From: Octopus bimaculoides
Taxonomy: Eukaryota
Direction: 5' to 3'
Length of the DNA: 64,000 nucleotides
Assembly: GCF_001194135.2 (NCBI RefSeq)
Contig: NC_068985.1
Coordinates: 521,231-585,230 of the forward strand
The notes beneath the pieces were generated by a model that worked only from the letters and a program-made list of their open reading frames with translations, was not told the origin of the DNA and searched no databases. Position numbers and translations under genes: made by a program. How positions within the stretch are numbered: the first letter of the stretch is position 1; every line of letters starts with the position of its first letter. Positions 36,611-47,820 of this stretch are shown piece after piece.

Positions 36611-38252
36611 TCATGCCTTTTAAACCTTTTGAGACACCATTATTATTTCAGTTGATCTTTCAAAAACTTTTAATGCATATCTCCTTTAAAAGTTTATCCA
36701 TTTTCTAATCGTACACCTTATTAATGCAACCTAAACAAGCCACACATAACTATTGTTCTCAAGTGAATTGTTTCCCATAATACCAATCCAAACCTACAAC
36801 TTAGAACCCTTTCTGTACCTCTTAAATTGCATTCCCTATTAAACATTTTACAGACCCTAATTGTCATGCTACCATAACGATATAGAATCAGCCACCTCTT
36901 CAACTGATATTATTATTATCATAGTCACCTAACTTAATATTAACTTATTGTTTGTCATTCCAACTGATTCTCTATTTACCCCACTTCAAGTGTTCATCAC
37001 TATTATTCATTATTTCTACCTGAACTCCTCCGTATAGCCCCACTTCTCATGGTTAATTTAATTTTAATGAAACATCTTGTCTCATTACAATCATTTATAA
37101 CGACTATCATAAAAGTTAACCAATTATTTTCTTTCTCCCATTTATTCTAGCACTTGCCATTACCCCTTATGCTTCATTAAAATTATAGAGCAACAAAACC
37201 TTCCATTTTAAAATATACAACAACTACAATTTATTTAAACTCTCAAACAATACAAACACTTATTCTCCTGTATTAAAACATACAAATCTATTCTAAAAAC
37301 CCTTCTTGTCTTTTGTCACTACTTCAATCCAGTGAATGAATCTATAACTCACAAATGTAGTTTGTTCCCTTCTCTTTTATTTCACTTTCTACTTTCTCCC
37401 ATAGATGGAATAAATGTAATCACTTCCTTTTTCATCACTCTTCTACTTGAACAATTTTTCAATAGGTTTTATCCAATTTTGCTTCAATCTTTTTTTTCCC
37501 ACTTTTTTAATGATTTTCATTTTATATACTAACAGTTGTCCTCACATTATAACTCACTCACCCACCCACCCACNNNNNNNNNNNNNNNNNNNNNNNNNNN
37601 NNNNNNNNNNNNNNNNNNNNNNNNNNNNNNNNNNNNNNNNNNNNNNNNNNNNNNNNNNNNNNNNNNNNNNNNNNNNNNNNNNNNNNNNNNNNNNNNNNNN
37701 NNNNNNNNNNNNNNNNNNNNNNNNNNNNNNNNNNNNNNNNNNNNNNNNNNNNNNNNNNNNNNNNNNNNNNCACACACGCACACAAACGTGTGTGTGTGTG
37801 TGTGTGTGTCAGTGTGTACATGAACCAATCTTGTTTAGTCACTTCCCAAAGTATACTTGATTTCTAGAAACATTACTAAATATTTTTTATAATTGGAACC
37901 TTAATTTCCTTGTTCTTATATTTGAAACCCCCACCTATACATCTTCCCCTAAACCAAATTTTTCACTTTTAAATACTTCTTACTATCAGACATAAGCTTC
38001 ACTTTCCTTCTTTTTCATTCTCATTCTTGTTTTACATTCTTTCTTCCATGCTTCAAACCAATTTCTGACAACACACAACTTTTTCCAGTTTTTAATTGCT
38101 AGGATTTAAAAAAATGTATGCCAGTCTTCAATTAGATAATGTTTACATGTTCTTTCATTATTCAAAAGGTTTCTAGAATAGTTCCAGTAATAAAATTAAA
38201 TCTACCTCCACCACTTTATATATTTTCTTGTTTTAATCAATATATATATATA

Positions 38253-38440
38253 CATCGTGCTGGTGACACGTAAAAGCACCCACTACACTCTTGGAGTGGT
38301 TGGTGTTAGGAAGGGCATCCAGCTGTAGAAACCCTGCCAAATCAGATTGGAGTCTGGTGCAGCCTTCGGGCTCACCAGTCGTCATTCAAACTGTCCAATC
38401 CATGCCAGCATAGAGAGCAGACATTAAACGATGATGATGA

Positions 38441-38443
<3 letters not shown>
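38253..38443 (+). mobile_element. RTE-tail SINE-like repeat
   Basis: Same family as 3313-3484; ends in (GAT)n. Confidence 0.85.
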
Positions 38444-38481
<38 letters not shown>

Positions 38482-38484
<3 letters not shown>

Positions 38485-39900
38485 TCATCGTTTAACATCT
38501 GCTTTGCTTTCCATGCTGGTATGGGATAGATGGTTTGACTGAGGACAGGCAAGCCAGGAGGCTGCACAAGGCTCCAATCTGTTCTGGCAAAGTTTCTACA
38601 GCTGGATGCTCTTGCCACCGGCATGGAGGTCAGTCAGGTGAAATTGACATCAGCCATGGCTATGATCTCACTTGGCTTGACAGGTCTTCACAAGCACATC
38701 ATATCGCCAAAGGTCTCAGTTGCTTGTCATTACCTCTATGAGGCCCATTGATTGAAGGTCATGCTTCACCAGCTCATCTCAGGTCTTCCTGGGTCTACCT
38801 CTTCTACAGATTCCTTCCATTGTTAGGGTGTGACACTTCTTCCCACAGCTGCCCTCATCCATATGCATCATATAATCATACCAGCTCAGTCATCTCTCTT
38901 GCACACTGCATCTGATGCTTCTTATGCCCAACTTTTCTCTCAGGGTGCTTACACTCTGTCGTGTCTGCACACTGACATTACACATTCAGTGGAGCGTACT
39001 GGCTTCATTTCTTTCAAGCTTTTGCATGTCCTCAGCAGTCACAGCCCATGTTTCACTGTCATGTAGCATGTTTGTTCACACATATGCATTATACAATCTA
39101 CCTTTCACTCTCAGCGAGAAGCCCTTTGTCACCAGCAGAAGTAGGAGCTCTCTGAACTTTGCCCAGACTATTCTTATTCTAGCAGCTGCACTCACAGAGC
39201 ATCCACCCCTGCTACTGACTTGGTCACCTAGGTAACGGGAGCTATTGACAACTTCTAGTTTTTCCACCTAGCATGTGATGGAATCTGTTTTCTGTACATC
39301 TTCGGTGTTTAATGTCTCTGTGCACCTTCCACACACAAAAACTATCTTCCCAGTTAACCTTCCTCTGATATTGCTGTACCTCTTATGTGTCCATAGCTTA
39401 CACTGGGTACTTCTTATGGACTTTCTATCTATGCCTTTTGTACAGATCGAGCAGGGCCAACTACCTGAAGGGATTTGTGATTTGTCTGCCTTCCTACTTA
39501 CTAAGACTTTCGTTTTTGCTAGATTGACTCTAAGGTCCTTCGATTCTAGACCTTGCTTCCACACCTGAAATTTCTTCTCTAGTTCTGGTAGTGACTCATA
39601 TATTAGAGCAAGGTAATCAGCATAGAGGAGCTCCCAGGGGCAGCCTGTCTTGAATTTCTCTGTTAGTGCCTGGAGGACTATGATGAATAAGAAGGGGCTG
39701 AGGACTGATCCTTGGTGAACCCCTACTTCTACCCGGAATTCTTTGTTATACTCGTTGCCAACTTTTACCTTACAGGCAGCATCCCTGTACATGGCTTGTA
39801 CAGCTCTCACTAACTACTCATCTATCCCTAGTTTCTGCATTGACCATCAGATAAGGGATCAGGGGACCCTGTCAAGGGCTTTCTCCATGTCAACGAAGCC
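38482..39900 (-). mobile_element. RTE-clade LINE, 5'-truncated, with a PHD-like zinc-finger insert in the RT
   Basis: GVHQGSVLSPFLFIIVL, WELLYADYLAL, VNLAKTKV, CSIC...TQC...HKRY...CGRC, RYLGDQVSSRGGC, AAARIRIVWAKFREL; contiguous with the RTE-tail 3' UTR. Confidence 0.9.
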
Positions 39901-41978
39901 AAGTACAGAGATGTTTCACTACCTAATCAGCGATTTAAAAACCTTAGAAAACGGTGAAACACTGGTACCGCTGTCAGTACTCACATCATTAGCAAAAATC
40001 TATGTACGTTTTTTAATTGACTAATTTATAAACTAGTATTGAATTCACTCTTCTGGTTTAGTTACTTTGTTCACATTCTAGCCTTCTAAAATGAATACAA
40101 GCAATATAAAACTGAAGGGCCGAGGGCACCGGTGCATAGCATGATAGGAGCCCAAGCATGAAACTCTTGACCCTTGAGCAATTTTGTAATTTCTGCTGAT
40201 TAAATACACATACGCACACACACACCAGATGCACAAGCACGTATATACATACGTACATTCAAGCCAATGAATCTCCCTACAGATGCTGGATTTGCAAGAA
40301 ATAACAGCTAAATCTCCCTCAATATCAAAGTCTGCCATCTTGCAGAGGAAAAGGCTATAAGTTCAGAAAAAGAATAAAACGTTTTCTCCGTGAAGAAACC
40401 AGCTAAAGTATAAACAGAATGTTAAACACCTTATTAAATTCATTAAAAATATCGAACAAATTCAAATTACCTATCTCTTAAAAAAATCATGAGTGATGGT
40501 CAATTTTTCGATTTGAGAAATCATACAATACATCTGCAATAATAGTGGGCATTTCTCTTCTTTTATTTCTAACATAATGAAGGAATACCAAATATATATG
40601 AAGAGGTAACCTTGAATTAGTTGCCGTTAGTAAATTGTAGAATATAGTATCGATGCGGTATCGTTAAAATGGTGAAGAAATTATTCTTCCTCTGTTCATC
40701 ATGAATTGTAGAACGTTTAACGGAAAGAGTATCTTCATATTATAGAGTGGTAACACTGACAACAACCACTCCGATATACACTTTTCCATAAACATAGGAC
40801 AAATGTAAGGGGAAAAAAAGAAACATCACTACACAGTAAAAGAATAAGAGACAGGTAAGGAATGAGAATTAAAAAAAATAACAGTTCGTAATAATAATAA
40901 GGAAATATCGGGAAAAAAGAAAAAGTTAAAGGAAAAAGATTGCAGCAGATGAGGGATTTTAACAGAAAGACAAAAGAAGAAAGAGATGAGGAAATAAGAT
41001 TGCATAAAAAAAAAAGATTATTGAAGAAGAAAAAAAAAAGAGAAATAAAACTTTCAAAAAAGGAGAGAAAAGGAAAGAATAAACAGACAACAAGAGTGAA
41101 AAAACGACAAAAAATAAGATAAGAAGAGAAAAGTTCTGCAGAGACAATTTACAGAGAATGTAAGGTTAAATGTAATTTCAGGGTACAACGTTTGTGATCC
41201 TAATCATAATTATGCATTAGAAAAAAGTTGTATACCTGGGCTCTATACGCAAAATATATGGCAAGGAATTATTAGGGACGTGTCGCACGAATGGTATTTG
41301 CCCATAACCACCAGAATTTATAGTAGGTGTGGCTGCTTTCGTGTAGAAATCTTGGCAAGTGGAATCACAATCACCACCGTGATAACAAAGACGAACGATG
41401 GTTTAAATTGTTTGGAATCATTCATTTTTTTACTCACACGTAACATCGTGCAGGTGTACCACGTGCATATACAAGTGTATGGCGAGTGTACGGTAGACTA
41501 GAAAATAAGACAAACTTACATACAAAAATTACTTGAACAAGGTTTTACTGATATTTGACTTCCTGATTATACAACTTTCTCCTAACAAAGTTTAATTACA
41601 AAATACATTGAACATGTTTATTACGACTGACACACACGCGGGCGAAATGTACCGAGTGAGAGAGAAAAAAAAAATGTTATATATACTGAAACACTTTCAC
41701 TCATGGATATACAATTATTTACACATCATTATATGTCTCAGGTTAATGTAAGGAAAGCAATTAGATATATTTAAATTATCTTACAAAAACTTTGTTGGCT
41801 CACCATTCTAGAAGCAGCAGAAAATTGGTCACTCTGGTACAAAGCCACGTTCGCAGTAACATGAAATATCCAAAGAACATTCTGGGATGACAGCAGGTTT
41901 TCTGAGATACAGGCGGACACAGAAAGGGACCCCGCCTCTTTTTCTGAAATCCAAAACAACCTCGCTTTAAGATACAAA

Positions 41979-41997
41979 CCGGAAGTGACTCACTTCC
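41979..41997. promoter_or_regulatory. Palindromic ETS-AP-1-ETS composite motif
   Basis: CCGGAAGTGACTCACTTCC: 8-bp perfect inverted repeat GGAAGTGA-C-TCACTTCC with TGACTCA in the centre. Confidence 0.35.
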
Positions 41998-42189
41998 AAC
42001 AAGTTGTGCAAACTAATATTAAATAGTAAATACAGCAGACAGATCGTTGGAGATAAGGGTAGGTCTTCTTTAAGGGTCAGTTCAGAATCAAGACACTCTC
42101 TAAAAAACATTTGGGACCAAAATTATCAGAGAAAGTGGGTTTATAAATAAATAAGCTTTTACAGAATAAACAGGTGCAATGTTCGTAGA

Positions 42190-42540
42190 TATAGGCGCAG
42201 GTAAGAAGTTTGCTTCCCGACTAGATGGTTCTGGGTTCAATCCACCTGTGTGATATCGTGCGCCTTTTACTATAGCCTTGAATTGACCAAAGCCTTGTGA
42301 GTGGATTTGGTAGGCAGAAACTGAAAGAAGCCTTTCGTATATGTGTGTGTGTGTGTTTGTCCCCCACCACCGCTTGACAACCAGTGTTGCTGTGTTTACG
42401 CCTCCGTAACTAACGGTTCGGCAAAAGAAACCGATAGAATAAGTATCAGGCTTAAAATATGTACTGGGGTCGATTCATTCGACTAAAAATTCTTGAAGCC
42501 AGTGCCCCAGTATGGTCGCAGTCTAATGACTGAAACAAGT
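42190..42540 (+). mobile_element. Bipartite SINE family B
   Basis: tRNA-like head (GGTAAGAAGTTTGCTTCC...GGGTTCAATCC), internal (TG)n, and 3' half ending GTCTAATGACTGAAACAAG. Confidence 0.85.
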
Positions 42541-42599
42541 TACGATATTTTATAGTTTCCATTAAAAAAAATCAGAACAAAAACTGTCCAAAAGCACGA

Positions 42600-43500
42600 G
42601 ATTGAAACTTATTTCAAAACTGCAAGAAATGATTCAAGGAAGGAGTTTTTTTATATCAGAAGCTTTTGGTTTGCTTCGAATGGACTTCAACTCCAGGTTT
42701 CCAAGTTGTCACCGAAGTCCCCCACCCCTCACAATCTCTCTCTCTCTCTATCTCTTTGGACCACATGCTCAGCAGCCACAGAACATGGCCGTTGATTTAA
42801 TGTTCCTTAGTGTGGTGAAATAGTAATTATTGTTGAAGAACGTGGCAAATGAAATGTTATTTTGAAGTATTATGGCAATCGCATTGAATTCATAAATGAT
42901 TCTCTCATTTATTTCATACTTTACAATGTTGCTGACGTTGAGAGTTATCCAGCAATTTGACAAAGTTCATGGAAAGATTAATATTTTGATTCCAGCTCAG
43001 CAAGAATGCTTCTTTATGAAATTCATGGTCTCATATCCTTTCTTAATTTTCAAACATTTAACGGTCGTAGCTACGCTTTTTCAGAGGAAAGCATCTTAAA
43101 AATCAGAGTTGATACAGGACGAGAGTCTTTAAATGGCAGCCATGTGAGAGGCTTCGGTGTTTTGCATAGAAGAAAGTCCGAGAATCCTATTTACTATTCT
43201 CCTTAAAAACTGTAATTTAGTGGATCAAGTATCAATATGGCTAAAGTGCAGAAGTGATCTTGCTGACTTCAACTCCCAGGTTCAGTTGCAATCTCCTTGT
43301 AGGAAAAAGAGATCAGTGACGAAATCCTTCGACGTTGTATTACTTGCCATTGATGACAAAGTTGTTTCTATGAATTGCGAGAGTATCAAATACACCTCCT
43401 GCCAAACATTAACAACAGAACGATTAAAAGACACTTTAAGGAACATTGAAAACATCTTGAAATATATTTGGGAAAAAGAACCCAAATTGCAATCAGAATA
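42600..43500 (+). mobile_element. Highly decayed Helitron RepHel coding fragment
   Basis: EHGR*FNVP*CGEIVIIVEERGK*NVILKYYGN resembles the Helitron 'EH.RRFNAP...EVA.....E.G.RDIVL' region, and QSPCRKKRSVTKSF resembles 'SPCM..G.CTK.YP'. Many stops; recognised by eye. Confidence 0.5.
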
Positions 43501-44561
43501 AAAATTCATTCTACAATGCTGTGCTTGATAATATTCTCTATAAGGAAGTTCTGGTGTTAGACTAAATAGTAAATAAAGGAAACAAATAAAGTTTAAGAGA
43601 TAATTCGTTGCTATTATGCAAAAGTGTCGTAAGTCCAAAACGTTGCTTTTTCAGAAAACGAAAAAATAGTTTCACCGTTCCATAGTAAAAAAACATACAA
43701 AAAAACCGTCGACAATTTTTGATATTTTGGCATCTGAAGCAGTTGGAGATACGATAGTTTGACGAAAAGAACCGGATATTGCAAGCAAAATAAATGTTGA
43801 AAAACAAAAAAGAGAAAAAGTGGAAACGCATTTAGCCAGATTTGGACATACGACAGTTTAACGTAATAGCAACGATATGGTTTCGGAAAATGGGAAGCCT
43901 ACAAGTGAAATACAAATATTTATATAGCATGGCAAAAAAGTCTTAGCTTAGTGCCTGAGTAAAACTGGTTTACCCTGATATATACAAACAGACATATTTA
44001 TAGGGAGATGTTTGATATGAGCCATTTTGTAACTTAACAAATATAAAACTATAGGCTCGTTTCTTCTGTCTATTGTACTAAACTTTAGAACTTGTATATG
44101 TATACATATCTTTATGTGCGCGCACACGTGTATGTATATGTATATATGTGTCTTTCAGTGTGTATCTCTATATTTACGTATGTATAAATGTATGTGTGAG
44201 AGAGAGAGAGTGTGTGTGTGTGTGAGCACGTGTGTGGAGAGAGGGAGAGAAAGAGAGTGAGAGGGTTGGTCTGCTAATTGGTAGATGTGCTAGTGTGTCG
44301 AGCAAAACGTTTTCCCATATTTGTAGCGGTTTTGTATGTGAAATAGCCTTATTAATCTGCAGGTGGCTGGCGTAGACAGGTCGATCTTAAAGGCAACAAG
44401 GCGACAATGGCACGTGATGACTTTCATCCAGAACTGGATGGCGGAAACAGTCAAAAATGTAACAAACATTTAATGGAGCAAAACGCACACACACTCTCCC
44501 TCTGGTTCTCTCTCTCCGTCTCTGTCTGTCTGTTTGTTTGTCTGTCTGTCGTTTGTCTCTA

Positions 44562-44602
<41 letters not shown>

Positions 44603-44959
44603 CATGTGCATACATTCATTCTTACATATGTATATATTTGTGCATTATATATATTCAGTATGGTTGAATGTATGTTTGTCCGACGGTCCTCATGCGAACT
44701 TATGTATAATATACACGTACACACACACGCTTACTTGCCCGCAAACGTGTTACATTAAATTAAATGTTAATTTAAAATTAGATCTAAAAACTTGTTACAT
44801 ATGGTCATAAGTTTCGTTCTAAACGAGTTTATCAAACGAATTTAGCTAAGGTATTTATCGAAATAAAAGGGGCTGTTTGGAAACTTTAAAGAATGAATTC
44901 AGAATGCACACGTTGTGTGTGTGTGTGTGTGTGTGTGTGTTTGTTGACAAGGGACAGGA

Positions 44960-45650
44960 AGGAATTTCAACCATGTTTCGTGGTCTGCTACCACAACAGC
45001 TCCTTTATGGGATCCAGTTAGCTCAAGTCATCAACAGGAGGAACCACGTCCGGTTTCGGCCCCTACTCCTCTACCGTTTTGACGTGCCCACCCCTTTTCG
45101 GAGGTGTCTTCAGCTCTGGTGTTGGGTGCATGTCTTCTTTCTTCTATTCCCTGGCCTCTTCAATGCAGCATCAACGAGTGTCAGCGTCCGACTTGATTGT
45201 CATGTCAANNNNNNNNNNNNNNNNNNNNNNNNNNNNNNNNNNNNNNNNNNNNNNNNNNNNNNNNNNNNNNNNNNNNNNNNNNNNNNNNNNNNNNNNNNNN
45301 NNNNNNNNNNNNNNNNNNNNNNNNNNNNNNNNNNNNNNNNNNNNNNNNNNNCGCCTCCTGTATCCTCCTTATCAGTTTTCTCAGTTCCGAGTTTGAAAAC
45401 GCAAATCTTCTCTTGAATAGCGCTGTCATTTTCCTTTCAATGAAGCCTCTAGCTCCACTGCCAGATGGTAATACTCGACAGTCCATCCCTGTTCTCTGCA
45501 CTCTTCGATTAGTTTCTCGTATCTCTTCTCCTTTCGTTTCTCTGCATTGTCGATGTTTTCTTCCCATGGTACTGTCAGTTCTAGCAAGATTCCTATTCTC
45601 CGTTCTGTGTTCCATATGACTAAATCTGGTCTTTTTGTTGTTTTTATAAG
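44960..45650 (-). mobile_element. HERO/NeSL-like LINE 3' end with restriction-like endonuclease (RLE), interrupted by a gap
   Basis: KRPDLVIWNTERRIGILLELTVPWEENIDNAEKRKEKRYEKLIEECREQGW, then G.GARGF: PD-(D/E)xK RLE signature. Confidence 0.8.
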
Positions 45651-46799
45651 TGGAAAAATTGCTAGACTTCCCGGGAACAGAACAGAAACAGTGGTGAAAG
45701 AGGGGAAGAAGGACCAAGATGGAAAAAGAAAGAAACCTGTCGATGATTTCTCTTAAAAGAAGCGAAGAACGCTAAAAGAAATTTTATTTCTAAAGAAAGC
45801 GATGGGAAAAATTCATTAAAAAACTTGCAATAAAGTAAAAGTATCAAGTAAATAATATCTATAATTTGGTGTTTCAGCACTAATTATTAATTAAGTTAAT
45901 GAAACAATCTTAAGAATATTCTACATTTTTGAAAAAAAACAAAAAAAAAAAACGGAACAAAACTATTTTGGCAAGAAAATCAGAGCCAGGTCAGCAGTGT
46001 TGAAAATGGTGAGCATAAAAGAAAGCAGAGAGGATTAGACAAACGAACAAACAAAAAGAAAAGAATGAAGGAAGGAAAGATAGAAATAAAGAAAGAAAGA
46101 AGAAGAAGAAAAAGACTATACTAGAAGACAATTAACTAGCAAGGTGTCAGAGGTGCGGCAAGTTGTGAGGAGTTGGATTAAGTAATTGAAACTGAATGTG
46201 AAAATTGAAGCGAAAGAGACGACCAAGCAAGACTACAGCAACCTGGCTCAGTCGCAAGTCTCCAAATGCACACACCATCATATGTAGAGAGTAGTCGGTA
46301 AAATGGATCTATATTTTCGGAAAAACTCCGAGCTGGAATTGTTGGCAGATGAACTCAGATTATTTATATATAGAACTTAATGTTTATAAGAAGTGTTTGG
46401 TTTCGAAGCTGTTATTATTTATAACCTCTCAGTTGCCTTCATTGAAATAAGTTTACTAACCTGATCACAAGGTCTCAAAGAAAGGAAGAATCGGTTATAT
46501 TGATCCTAATATATGATTAGTTTATTAAAATTTATTGATTCGTGAAGGATGAAAGGTAAATTTGGCCGGGACGGGATTTAAATTCAGAACTTAAAAAGCT
46601 GGAACAAAGCAAACAATTCAGTTGATTTATTTTTCCCCTCAACAGAACTAGTAATATTTTTCATACCTGCAGGGCCGAATATTTCCATGAGTTACCTGAA
46701 TCATTCCCAAGCATCTCATCAAGCTTAAAAGGTTAACAAAATATAATGCTTCTCGCCGCTAGAATATGAATGTTTTATTCAAACCGTGCAAAATTCTTA

Positions 46800-47210
46800 T
46801 TCTTTTGTACTCTAGGCACAAGGCCCGAAATTTTGGAGGAGGGGGTCAATCGATTAGATCGACCCCAGTACGCAAGGATGAAAGACAAAGTCGACCTCAT
46901 CGGAGGAATTTGAATTCAGAACGCAAAGATGGACGAAATACCGCTAAGCATTTCGCCTGGCGTGCTAACGTTTCTTATTTCGTTATTGCCCACAAGGGGC
47001 TAAACATAGAGGGGACAAACAAGGACAGACAAAGGGATTAAGTCGATTAGATCGACCCCAGTGCGTAACTGATACTCATTTAATCGACCCCGAAAGGATG
47101 AAAGGCAAAGTCGATCTCGGTGGAATTTGAACTCAGAACGTAGCGGCAGCGAAATCCTGCTAAGCATTTCGTCCGGCCTGCTAACGCTTCTGCCAACTCC
47201 TCGCCGCCTT
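46800..47210 (-). mobile_element. Two tandem SINE family A copies
   Basis: Both contain GATTAGATCGACCCCAGT...GGATGAAAG.CAAAGTCGA.CTC...GAATTTGAA.TCAGAACG. Confidence 0.85.
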
Positions 47211-47602
47211 GTAAGAGAAAAATGTTGAGTCCCGTTTAATATTTGCTGCATTACTCATTATCAGATTCTCTTGGTGCACATAGCAGTAGAAAGAATGGAC
47301 GTTCTTTTTGCCTGAACGCTACCCTACGTTTTGCTTTTCATTACATACGCACCATCGAAAGCCTGAGCTATCAGTCTTTGTCTAGTTCCTTCGAGGGTTA
47401 TATCTAATAGCGCTAGCAGGCGTTTTGATAAGCTGTCTGCAAACTGATTTTCCTGCAATAAAAAATCCGCAAAAGCATTCGATCTGTTTCTTGATTTGGC
47501 ATGTACTGTTGAGCAATTACCATTTGAGTGAGTTTTGAAACATGGACCGTCTTATTATCCTTGGCAACTACAGAAGCTTTTTAGATATTTATTTCCTCAA
47601 AG

Positions 47603-47820
47603 CGGGGGGAGCTGGCAGAAACGTTAGCACTCCGGGTGGAATACTTAGCGGTATTTCGTCTGTCTTTTCGGCCTGAGTTCAACTTCCGCTGACGTCAACT
47701 TTGCCTTTCATCCTTTCGGGGTCGATAAGTTATGTACAAGTTGCGTAATGGGGTCGATCTAATTGACTGGCCCCCTCCCCCGCAAAATTTCGGGCCTTAT
47801 GCCTAGAGTAGAAAAGAATA
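47603..47820 (+). mobile_element. SINE family A, full length
   Basis: GGGAGCTGGCAGAAACGTTAGCAC...GAGTTCAACTTCC...GGGGTCGATCTAATTGACTGGCCCC...GTAGAAAAGAAT. Confidence 0.9.

Noticed and set aside
44970-45120. Several GAAA-flanked hairpins on the minus strand (GTGGT/ACCAC-GAAA; GGCC-GAAA; CTGAAGA-CACCTCC-GAAA)
   Set aside because: None combines an intact CUGANGA core with the correct stems.
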